Assembly: GCF_000181795.1 (NCBI RefSeq)
Contig: NW_003526940.1
Location: 318,660 to 382,659, forward strand
Origin: Trichinella spiralis
Taxonomy: Eukaryota
DNA length: 64,000 nt
Direction: 5' to 3'
This document shows, in pieces, positions 41,363-52,259 of the stretch. Each line of letters opens with the position of its first letter. Within the stretch, counting starts at the first letter, position 1. The notes under the pieces were generated by a model. The model had not been told where the DNA came from, did not search any database, and saw only the letters and a program-made list of their open reading frames with translations. Made by a program: the position numbers and the translations under genes.

Positions 41363-41734
41363 CGCGGCGGCAATGGCCGCCCATAGGAGTGCGGATAGAG
41401 ATCGACTACTTTGGCTTCGTCACCGGTCGTATGAGAAGAAGAGCGACCGGCGGTCCAGTAGCGTTGGAGGCGCTATTCGGCTGGGTAGCTCGTGGAAGAG
41501 CAAGCCCCAGGTGGACTGCTGAAGTGGGAACCTTCCTGACGAATTCTGGGAAATCCGCCGATGTGTCGTGGCGGAAAACCGGGAGAATCGAGGCAGTGAA
41601 GATCGTTCCGGAAGAAAACGTTCCAGAAGGGAACAAGGAGGCTCTGGAGAAGCGCGAGGAGACCGAGACGTCGGGTGTAGAGAAGAGTCAGGTCAGTCTT
41701 CCGCGTTGCTCAGGTCAACGAGGCCTCCATAACA

Positions 41735-43721
41735 TGTTAGATTCAGAATTGCAACAGTAACTTACTTTCAGGTACAAATTGACCAGACATTCGTTCGTCC
41801 GGCCAAACGTAAGTGGACTGTATAATTAGGGTGGATCAGGTGTATCTTCCACGGCGTGGACTGCGATTAGGGTCTCCAAAACTCTTATCGATGGCGGTCT
41901 CCTTCACGGACGTCTTCCGGTTCCCTGACTCCGCTGACACTATACGTTGCGACTAAACGCTCGAAGTGTACGAATACCCGAGCTACTACCGTTGTCCCTA
42001 ACAGTAATTCGAATGCCTTTCAATACGATACGTACGAGACCCTCGCTCGATCGTCCTTCCGTTGCACTTCGACTCGGTTCGTCCGCACATCCCAACTCGT
42101 GTCTTCGGAATACCGGCAATACTGCCAACCAGTACTGCATACCACGTATTCTAAGCCAACTTCTCGCAACCAACTCGTCCTCTTGTACAACAATCGTACA
42201 ACTGATGGTGGTTTCGCGTCTTCTCCCTTTGACTTGGCGAGCAGATTCGCCTGCCACTGGGCGAACTCCAGAAACTTCTGTAAGTTGTCTTCGTCCTCGG
42301 CAGCATCCGGCCCGATGTTTGTGTCCCAGGCCTTTACCAATGCAGGGGGAAACTTGTCCAGCAACATGGGCATCAAGACCTCGCTTGCGGGGAGACGGCC
42401 AACAAACGGATTTCTGTCCAGAGCAGTGAGACAACGCAGGTGTTTCGTCACTTCATCCACCAGTGACTGGATGCCCCTCGTCGTCATCTCGCGACACACT
42501 GGCTCCCTCCATAGGGCCGCCAAATGCTTGCGTATCACCTGTCTCGGCCGACCAAAACGCTTCTTCAAGATGTCGACGGCCTGGGTGTAGTTCTCTGGAG
42601 TGAGAGGGATTCCTTCAATGGCATTCCGCGCCGTCCCTTCTGTGTTGGACAACAAGTAGGTGAATTTGGTGGCGTTGTCCAGGTCACTCCGTTTGTGCAC
42701 ATTTGCCTCGAACTGGGCCCAAAAGGAAGGGAATTCCAACACCTTCCCCGTAAACTTCGGGAGAGTCACCTCCGGCAACCTCCCATTGCTGGACCGGACC
42801 GCAGGCATGCCCGCGCTAACATTGCAGCTACCGATGGGACCTTCTCCGCGCGCCTCAACCATCCTTGCGCGTGCTCGAGTCTTTCCCTCACGGTAGTTCT
42901 GGCGACATAACGCCCAGTCATCTATCGCGGCTTGCCGCTCTTCGCCTTCCAGATCCAGCTCCACTTCTGTTTGGAGTGCGTCTGCGGCCCGGAACGACTC
43001 CTCCATTAAGAAGACCTGCTCCTCCACCTCAAAGACATCGGCGGATGTGATGCACAACTCATCCAGTTCTGCCAACAATCGGTTCAGCCGATCCTTGAGG
43101 GCCACGGGTTTCTTGCTCCGTGATTTCGCAGATGATGCCATGGTATTTACTATCTATAGATCGCTGGTTTTCGATTGATCCGACTCGGAGGACCAATGTT
43201 AGAGTCAGAATCGCAACAGTAATCTAACTTTCAGGTACAAATTGACCAGACGTTCGTTCGTCCGGCCAAACGTAAGTGGACTGTATAATTAGGGTGGATC
43301 AGGTGTATCTTCCACGGCGTGGACTGCGATTAGGGTCTCCAAAACTCTTGACGATGATGGTCTCCTTCACGGACGTCTTCCGGTTCCCTGACTCCGCTGA
43401 CACTATACGTTGCGACTAAACGCTCGAAGTGTACGAATACCCGAGCTACTACTGTTGTCCCTAACAGTAATTCGAATGCCTTTCAATACGATACGTACGA
43501 GACCCTCGCTCGATCGTCCTTCTGTTGCACTTCGACTCGGTTCGTCCGCACATCCCAACTCGTGTCTTCGGAATACCGGCAATACTGAAAACAAGTACTG
43601 CATACCACGTATTCTAAGCCAACTTCTCGCAACCAACTCGTCCTCTTGTACAACAATCGTCCAACTGACGCTTATATCGCGCGGCGCGCTTTCTAGCCCT
43701 ATATATAGGGCCAGGGTCGGC
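41735..43721 (-). mobile_element. BEL/Pao copy 2, inverted and internally deleted (partial 5' LTR 43721-43197, PBS, gag 43141-42207, partial 3' LTR 42205-41735)
   Basis: The reverse complement of 42207-43721 matches 38701-40215, and that of 41735-42205 matches 38754-39225. The LTR terminus TGTT sits exactly at 41735. Confidence 0.92.
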
Positions 43722-43862
43722 TGATTGTCAAATTGTGTGAAAAAAGTGTTTAAAAAGAAAAAAAGATTTGAAAAATTATGCAGGAGCTCCGTGAGACAAA
43801 AAAAAAATACATTTAGGGTTCTGCGAGGATGAAATTGTTGAGAAACGCCTTATTAATACATA

Positions 43863-46800
43863 TGTAACATCTATTGCTGCACGACGGCGTTGCTAATTGC
43901 AGGTCCAGCTGAGGCAGACGCCGAACCGCGGCAATAAACCCTCCCTTCCCGCCAGTTCAAATGATACCGCCAGCGAGAACCGCGGTCGGCTTCTGGCGAC
44001 CAACCCGCATGACCCGACGAGCCGGTGCTTAACCAGCCGGCGTTCAGCGTGGCGTTCGGTCACCGCCGGTCACTGATGGTCCGTTGGGGCAGCGGATCAA
44101 AGCCGCCGCGTAATAACCCGCTGATTTATAGAAGAGCCGCAAGCCGGGGTAGTGTCAGCAGGACAATGGAGGGATCGAATTTCAGTTGACCCACCCCGGT
44201 GCCCCCCTGCGGCGGAATACTTCTATATATAGAAGCGGCGGAGACCATCACGGAGTTATCGAGCGGACGAGTGTGGAGTGCAGTTGTGGCGACGATACGA
44301 GAGCGGATGATGGCGACACGAAGGAGAGAACGCGGGAGCGAAGACGAGTCGGCGAAGAGTAACAGCGGCGGACGAACTGGCGGAGACCTGGATGCAGATC
44401 GAGCGGCCGCGCCCAGCGGGTCGTTACAATGGGGGCCTGTCCGGGAACCCGTACCAGTACCTTCACGCGGAGCATACTTCTACCCGCCTCCGGCATTTGG
44501 CCCGGGAATGGATGCCGAAGAGTGGGTGGAGAACCTGGAAGACTTCCTCCGCGCCAGCGGGGTACCAACGATGGATCATGGAGCTGTCGGACGACGCCTA
44601 CTGACGGCCCCGGTGCGCCGTGAGCTCTACCCACCCGGACAAGTGAGGGACTACTCTTTCGAGGAGCTGAAGAAACGGCTGCTAAACGCGTATGGTCCCG
44701 AGGAGTCGCTGGAGATGTTGACGGACCGATTCCACGCTCTGCGACAACGCGAAGGCCAATCCATCCAGCAGTTCGCCCAGGAGGTGGCAGAGTTGGGACG
44801 CAGAGCGGGTGTGTCAGAACGCGACCTCGTGAGGCGTTTTAGCGGTGGGGTAACGTCGAAAGAAGTCTACCGGGCGATCCGGCTGCAGGAACCGCCGACC
44901 CTCGCCGAAGCTCGAAAGCTGGCCACCAGGATACTCCAGGTGGAGGACGGCTACCAGGAGAAGCAACAGCCCCGCGCCGGCGTCGCGAAGACAGAGAAGT
45001 CGGAGATGGCAGAGAAGATGGACGCCATGATAAGGGAAATGGACAACCTGGCCAAAAGAATGGAACAGTTGGAACGGGCCGCGCCACGGCCCCCCAGGAC
45101 CGCACCCGGATGCTTCCGTTGTGGCAGCCTGGACCGCCTCCGGCGAGACTGCCCCCAGCTCCGGACCCGAACCCGGCCAGCGCACGCCATGAACAATGGA
45201 CACGGGGACCGCCGCCTTTTAGCGATGACAGAGCTCCAAGCTGGACATGCGCCGTCTGTAGCAGGTAAGCTAAACGGGCTGGAGATTTCCCTCCTTCTGG
45301 ACAGCGGGGCGGTTGTCTCTGTAGTACCACTCTCGACCTGGCACAAGTCCACCGGGGGAGAACCTCTAGAAGCCGCCGGAGGCTGCATCCTGCTCGGCGA
45401 CGGGCGACGAGTGCGCCTCTGCGGCCAGGGGACGTTGCCGCTGCAGTTGGGAAGCTGGAAAGGACGCCTCCACGTCGCCGTTGTGGAAAGCTTGGTCGGA
45501 CCAGGGATCCTGGGTACCAACTTTCTCGACCGGTACGTCAAGCTAATTGACTGGCAAGCCGGGGAGATGACCATGACAGACGGCTCGAGTGTCCGGATCG
45601 TCCACGAACCATCCCACGCAACGCGGCCCGGCATCGGATGCACCTGGATCACGGCGAACCCCCGGGAAGTATCACGAGACCGTAGGGGAGAGACCAGGGA
45701 ACAATAGCGGTGAGCTAGGAGCGTGTGAACGCGCTCTGGTGGACAGAGCGGAGTGTTCCGCGCAGAATCGGCGAACCCTACGCAGCCTAATCCGGAGGTA
45801 CGGGAAGGCCATCTCATGCGGTGAGGGTGATCTCGGACGAACGAGCCTTGTCCAGCACCGCATCGAGACTGGAGGGGCCCAGCCAGTGAAGCTTCCACCC
45901 CGTCGCCTCCCACAGGCCCAGCGGGAGACAGTGGACCGCTTGATCAGGGAAATGCTGCATGCCGGGGTAATCGAACTAGCCTCAGGCCCCTGTAGCTCAC
46001 CGGTAGTGCTGGTCTGAAAGAAGGACGGATCCCCACGGTTCTGCGTTGACTATCGCAGGCTGAATGCCGTGACACGCGTCGACGCTCAACCCATCCCGCG
46101 CATAGACAATACGCTGGATGCGCTAGCGGGGGCCAAGTGGTTCAGCACTCTGGACTTAGCGTCCGGCTACTGGCAAGTCGAAGTCGCCGAAGAAGACCGG
46201 GAGAAGACCGCGTTCTCCACACACATGGAGCTCTTCCAATTCCGCGTCATGCCGTTCGGGCTGTGCAATGCCCCGGCGACGTTTCAGCGGCTGATGGAAA
46301 AAGCCCTGAGGGGATTGACGTGGAAGACGTGACGCGGACGGCATGACGCGTCCATCTTCTCGGCCATCTCCGACTTCTCTTTCTTCGCGACGCCGGCGCG
46401 GGGCTGTTGCTTCTCCTGGTAGCCGTCCTCCACCTGGAGTATCCTGGTGGCCAGCTTTCGAGCTTCGGCGAGGGTCGGCGGTTCCTGCAGCCGGATCGCC
46501 CGGTAGACTTCTTTCGACGTTACCCCACCGCTAAAACGCCTCACGAGGTCGCGTTCTGACACACCCGCTCTGCGTCCCAACTCTGTCACCTCCTGGGCGA
46601 ACTGCTGGATGGATTGGCCTTCGCGTTGTCGCAGAGCGTGGAATCGGTCCGTCAACATCTCCAGCGACTCCTCGGGACCATACGCGTTTAGCAGCCGTTT
46701 CTTCAGCTCCTCGAAAGAGTCGTCCCTCACTTGTCCGGGTGGGTATAGCTCGCGGCGCACCGGGGCCGTCAGTAGGCGTCGTCCGACAGCTCCATGATCC

Positions 46801-47510
46801 ATCGTTGGTACCCCGCTGGCGCGGAGGAAGTCTTCCAGGTTCTCCACCCACTCTTCGGCATCCATTCCCGGGCCAAATGCCGGAGGCGGGTAGAAGTATG
46901 CTCCGCGTGAAGGTACTGGTACGGGTTCCCGGACAGGCCCCCATTGTAACGACCCGCCGGGCGCGGCCGCTCGATCTGCCTCCAGGTCTCCGCCAGTTCG
47001 TCCGCCGCTGTTACTCTTCGCCGACTCGTCTTCGCTCCCGCGTTCTCTCCTTCGTGTCGCCATCATCCGCTCTCGTATCGTCGCCACAACTGCACTCCAC
47101 ACTCGTCCGCTCGATAACTCCGTGATGGTCTCCGCCGCTTCTATATATAGAAGTATTCCGCCGCAGGGGGGCACCGGGGTGGGTCAACTGAAATTCGATC
47201 CCTCCATTGTCCTGCTGACACTACCCCGGCTTGCGGCTCTTCTATAAATCAGCGGGTTATTACGCGGCGGCTTTGATCCGCTGCCCCAACGGACCATCAG
47301 TGACCGGCGGTGACCGAACGCCACGCTGAACGCCGGCTGGTTAAGCACCGGCTCGTCGGGTCATGCGGGTTGGTCGCCAGAAGCCGACCGCGGTTCTCGC
47401 TGGCGGTATCATTTGAACTGGCGGGAAGGGAGGGTTTATTGCCGCGGTTCGGCGTCTGCCTCAGCTGGATCTGCAATTAGCAACGCCGTCGTGCGGCAAT
47501 AGATGTTACA
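43863..47510. mobile_element. Gypsy/Ty3 LTR-retrotransposon derivative with foldback structure and 4-bp TSD (cata)
   Basis: TGTAACA at 43863 and TGTTACA ending at 47510, with cata at 43859-43862 and 47511-47514. Arms 43863-45025 and 46348-47510 are inverted copies. The spacer encodes a Zn knuckle, protease LLDSGA and the RT N-terminus ([36 protein letters not shown]). Confidence 0.93.
44307..46332 (+). pseudogene. Gypsy gag-protease-partial RT, disrupted
   Basis: Probable start MMATRRRE at about 44307. The knuckle CFRCGSLDRLRRDC lacks its His. There is a frameshift/stop at about 45705 and a TGA at 46015, and the RT ends at LTWKT before the YxDD motif. Confidence 0.85.
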
Positions 47511-49209
47511 CATATGAAATATTTGAAGTTAACATTCTAAGCTACATGACATGGTATTTCATCAATCAGCCAGTTTCGCATTGCTTTGCTACATTCCTGA
47601 ATCACTTAGCAAAATATTGCAAAAGCGGTTTTTGTTTATAACAGGATAGAGTTTACGAATTGAAATATATGCATTAATCAGAGACGTGCTAATTGTTCTG
47701 AAAATAAATTACTGATGTATTGATATTAATAATAAACTCAGATTTCACATGACTTCACATAATTTACATGATCTCGGTTTAAACAATGTTATATGAGCAA
47801 TTAATCACAGTAACGGACACATGCGCATGAAAGAAAAGCTGAAAAAGCAAAATATGAAAATAAAAAACTATATTAAATATAATAAACTACATTCTCATGC
47901 AAATAAAAACAACAGAAAACCTACAAACAGCTAAAAAATTTTTTTATTAAAATATAAGTCATGAATGTATTGGTATCTTACCGAACAAAATATATACATA
48001 ATAAACAGTAATACTGTATATATGTAGATGCGCGCTGTACTATTCTGTAGATTAAAAAAGTAAAAAAAATGAATCACGTTTTTAGAGCTATTTATTTTAG
48101 AATGAATTATAATAAAAAATGTTTTATATTTAAGTTTTTAAAAAAAGCAGTGTTTTTTGCATTTATTAAATCAAAATTTATTAAATTTCTTAAGTCTTAA
48201 AATTTATGAAAATCAAATATTCTTAAATTTTATAAATAATTATAATTATAAATAAATATATATATATTCATAATTTTAATGTTAGTCCTGATCTGTTTAT
48301 TTAAGACATGCTAAAAAATACTTTGTGAAATGCACTTTACTTTCTTAAATAAAACTTGATTTTCTCAATTGAACTTCATTGTTACTGTGTGTGTTTGCAA
48401 ACTCACTATTTTGCACCAGCAAGCTGCATTTCACAGTGCTTGATTTGTTATTAAAGGAATGTAATAAAGGGTATGTTATTTATACTGTATATTTTTTTGT
48501 TTTGTTTTTCAACTTTTTACAATGAAATCCTACGCAACAATATTAACAAATGCTATTTCTTTTCTAATTTGTTTAATTTTCATCATAATTTTTTTATAAA
48601 TTAAAAATGTTGTTTATTCATTAGATGTACCATATGAAAAAGATTGTGAGCGTTGTTTTTATTTGTATGATAAGCTTTTGCTATCTTATCATTGAAGCGT
48701 GGCACAGCCTATTTTAGTTGGCATTATTAGTGAATGCGGTTTTATAAATTCATAACTTTTATTTAAATTGCAACCCGTTTTAGATCAATTATATTTTAAA
48801 CTTACATGTTAATAGAAATCTGAAGGTGTATGTTTATTGTGCGTTCATTTATGTTAATTAAAAACTGAAATGTTAGTTGTTTTTAAATGCAGTTTTTGTG
48901 ATGACTTTTGTATTCACACAGAATCAGAAATTTATAAGATCAGTTTGCCTATCAGTGAATAAGAAATTTTTATTAATCACAATTAGCATTTGCACATTTG
49001 TTATTTAAAACAGTGTTGTTTGTGTGTTAAACATTAATCAAAGTTTAATTTTAAACTTTAAAACCTTTAAAGTAATGGGGTATTTCTTTTGTCTACAAGC
49101 GATTACTTCATATCAAACGTACTGTTAACAAACTTTTTTATTTTTTTAGGTTTATACTTTCAGTGGCGAATTCTTTATTTCGACGTAAGCAAGTCGATTG
49201 TTTTTTACA

Positions 49210-50827
49210 ATGGCAGCTCATGAATCTTGGGGTAGGAAATAATGTTTTCCTTGCAATTTTTATTTTTTATTTTAATTAATTAATTTATTGTATTTTAATT
49301 TATGTAGAAAATGAAGGCGGAATGAACGATATGATGTTTTCGAGAAAGGATTGGGATGAAAACGAAAATGATGAAAATGTAAAGGTAAAAAGTGAAAAAC
49401 TGTTTTTGTAGTATATGTTAAATTTATTTTAAAAATTTAAACATTTACAATTCAAATTAGGAAAACTGGTTTGACAGCGATGAAGAAGAGGAAAAGCCAC
49501 CCGTAAAACAACCTCCTCAAGGTATAGTTGCACTTTGTTTTCAATGTATATAATATAGGTTTTATAATGTTAATCTTTCATTTACTTAGTTACGAAACCT
49601 GGAAAAAAGAAAGGAAAAAAGGCAGTTAAAGAAGTTTCAGATGAGGTATTGATGGTCCTTTTTTTGCATTTTTAAGAGATACCTATATTTGTCTTTTGCA
49701 ATTCCAGGAACCAGAGAAACAGTTAAGCCAAAAGGAGTTGGAAGAAATTCAGAAGAAAGCTGAATTAGCCATTGCTCAAGAAATATTTAGTATATTCTTT
49801 ATTGGTTGAAAAAATATTACTTTTACGTTTTTATTGTTTTTTTTAATAGGCACTGCTGATGATGATATGAAAGTCAATTTCGATTCCATGCATCCAAAAA
49901 CTGAAGAGGATTTTGATAAACTTCGTCAAATGATTGTAAATAAGCTACATTTATGTGAGGTAAATCAATGCATATTTTATCTTTAATTCTAATATGTTTT
50001 AATTTTTTTATTGGAATATTTAAAATTCATATGATTTTAAATTTGTAAAAATTGTGAGCATTGTTTACTGTATTTTTATTCTAAATTAATTTTGCAATAT
50101 TATTCTAACTGATGAAATTTTAGAAAGAAGCTGGATTTAATGGTTTTATGGAAAAATTAATTCACGATATTTTTATAAACAGTAAGTTTTTTCTTTGTTA
50201 TATGCATACATTATTTGCTGTTTACTTGTATTATTTTCATTGAAAAATATTTGGGGTAGTAGAATATTTGTAGCGCACCACAAATGGCATTGAAAACAGT
50301 TATATTTTCACATATTTGTTGATTTTTGATAGAAAAGCAAATCAGTATTTGCTTGCCAACTAAAATAAATTGTATGTTCTGCATCCATTTGCAACTCTGA
50401 TAAATTATAGGACTGTAAGCTTTGTAAGACTTTGTATTTGGGTAAAGCTTCATTTTAAAATTAGGAGTTACATTTAAAAACTTGTAAGATTTAGTGTACA
50501 GAGGTATGTTTTTATCATTTAATTTAAGCATGTATTGATTTGCAATTTTAGAACATTCGGATGTTGTACGAAAATTTTCACGCAGTTTGAATGCTCTTGC
50601 GTCAGAATTAGCAAAGATAGAAAAAGAGAAGGTGATATTGATTGTTAACCTGATTATGTTAATGTGAAAAATTCTTTTTATCGTACTTTTTGTTTTTTAA
50701 GCAAAAACCAAAACAAAAAAAGAAGGCCCCAATTGCAAAGATGAGTCGAAATTCTGACTTTTTTGATGACATAGTGAGCGGTATGGAAGGGGGAATAGAA
50801 TATTATGAAGATGAAGATTTCATGTGA
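49210..50827 (+). CDS. eIF3j: Eukaryotic translation initiation factor 3 subunit J, 9 exons (49210-49231, 49308-49384, 49461-49521, 49590-49645, 49708-49789, 49850-49959, 50124-50181, 50552-50631, 50702-50827)
   Basis: The spliced frame is open. It has an acidic Trp-containing N-terminus (ESWE, KDWDE, ENWFDSDEEEE), QKKAELAIAQEIF, PKTEEDFDKL, SLNALASE..EKEK, and the hallmark C-terminus EDEDFM*. It is missed by the ORF track because the exons are short. Confidence 0.9.
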
Positions 50828-51781
50828 AAACCAGAGCAAATTCAAGTGCAACATCGTCTGGCAAAGAACCGTGATGAAACATGCTTTTGCATAGCAGAAT
50901 TTGATTTTTGGAATTTTTTCAGGAATAAACTGTATTTAAAGATTGCTTTGTGCATGTCTGTTTTGTTTTCAGATATTTGTCCACCGTCCATTCCACATTA
51001 AGCAAAACAGCTTGTTGCAAGATGGAAAACGGCCTGTCTAAGCAATATTTTGAAGACAGTATAAGTTAAGAAACTTGAAAAAATTTAAAAATTAAGTCAA
51101 TTATAATACAGGATGAAATGTTTGCGTATTTCTCTTAATGACTGTTAATAAGAATGGTTGAAATGTGTCTTTATTCTCAATGCTAGCAAAATATTCTCTG
51201 TGAGTTCATAAAAATAAATTCGACGTCGCATTTGATTTTCTACGGAAAAATATTACGTTAAGTATTTCAAGATCTGAATTCACAAATGTTAACGTAAACA
51301 ATACAGAAACATCTGCATACATGAAATAGTTGTTTATATGATAAATGCAAGTGAACTGTTTTACTTGTGAAGACTTAACATACTGTTAAAACCTGACATT
51401 CAGGAGGAATAAAAATATTGGACACAGTTTACAAACGCAGCTCTGTTTTAAATTCAAAGTTGATAATATAATTACCATAATGTAATTATTTTTACTGATT
51501 TATTTCTGAAATTATTAATTTTTCTTGATCTTTTGGTTGATGTCTAAGCCTGTAATTCAAACGTTCTGACAGTAAGATACAAAAAATATTGAAAAATTAA
51601 AATCCTTGTTTCATATTTTTAACCACATGAAAAGTTCTTCTGAATATTAATTCTGAATAATATGAATGGAGGTAAAGAGCAATCGTATTCAAACAATAAA
51701 ACAAAAAGGGAGTAGATTGATTATTCATTTTACATTTTATGAAACGTAATGCGGACGGCTTACTCTAATTTCATTTACACA

Positions 51782-52259
51782 TTTATTAATTTCTGAGGTG
51801 GAATTACTTATCAAAATTGAATAGCTAATAAAATAGTATAAGTCAGTCGCCAAATACTGATCAACTGCCGTACAAGTTTTGTGCGAGCAACCAATCGCAC
51901 AAAGGGAGCGGGGTGGAGAAAAATGGGAGCGGGCGAAATCAGAGCACCTCGACCGAATCATGTAAAAGTGAGGATTTGCTTGTTTACGTAGAAATTGCTG
52001 AACCGAGCAAGCAAAATTTTCAATAGCAGTTTAGCAACCACAATGATGAGCAAGTTTGCTACTGAATGAAGAATGTATGATGAATGCGCATTGGAGTATT
52101 CCAATTTTGCCCGCTCCCATTTTCCCCACTCCGCTCTCTTTTTGTGATTGGTTGTTCGCTCATAGCTTGTACAGCATCTGATCAGTAATTGGCGATTGTA
52201 TTATGCTATTTTATTAGTTATTCAGTTTTTATCAGTAATTCCATCTCAAAAATTAATAA
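51782..52259. repeat. Imperfect foldback / MITE-like inverted repeat (arms about 51782-51939 and 52104-52259)
   Basis: aaaatgggagcgggcgaaat pairs with attttgcccgctcccatttt, and tcgccaaatactgatca pairs with tgatcagtaattggcga. Pairing extends outward to ttattaattt/aaattaataa. Confidence 0.75.

Larger units (their letters stand above)
38293..41734 (+). mobile_element. BEL/Pao LTR retrotransposon, 3'-truncated copy 1 (5' LTR, PBS, gag, protease)
   Basis: LTR TGTT..AACA at 38293-39225, PBS at 39227, gag ATG at 39281. Has a DUF1759-type region FPSFWAQFEANVH..KFTYL, three Cys-His knuckles, protease LLDTRA and DVLVGIDYY..ETRLGW. No RT, RNase H or integrase follows. Confidence 0.92.
43724..48203 (+). 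repeat. Direct duplication, copy A' (43724-43862 and 47511-48203), split by the Gypsy element
   Basis: Same sequence as 37440-38292 on both sides of the insertion. Confidence 0.95.

Noticed and set aside
39372..47125. Many overlapping 60-320 aa alternative-frame and antisense ORFs
   Set aside because: Shadow ORFs of GC-rich gag/pol sequence, doubled by the inverted repeats.
43863..47510. DIRS-type (tyrosine recombinase) element, since those have inverted terminal repeats
   Set aside because: It has an aspartic protease, a Gypsy-type RT, TG..CA ends and a TSD, with no recombinase, and the arms include gag.
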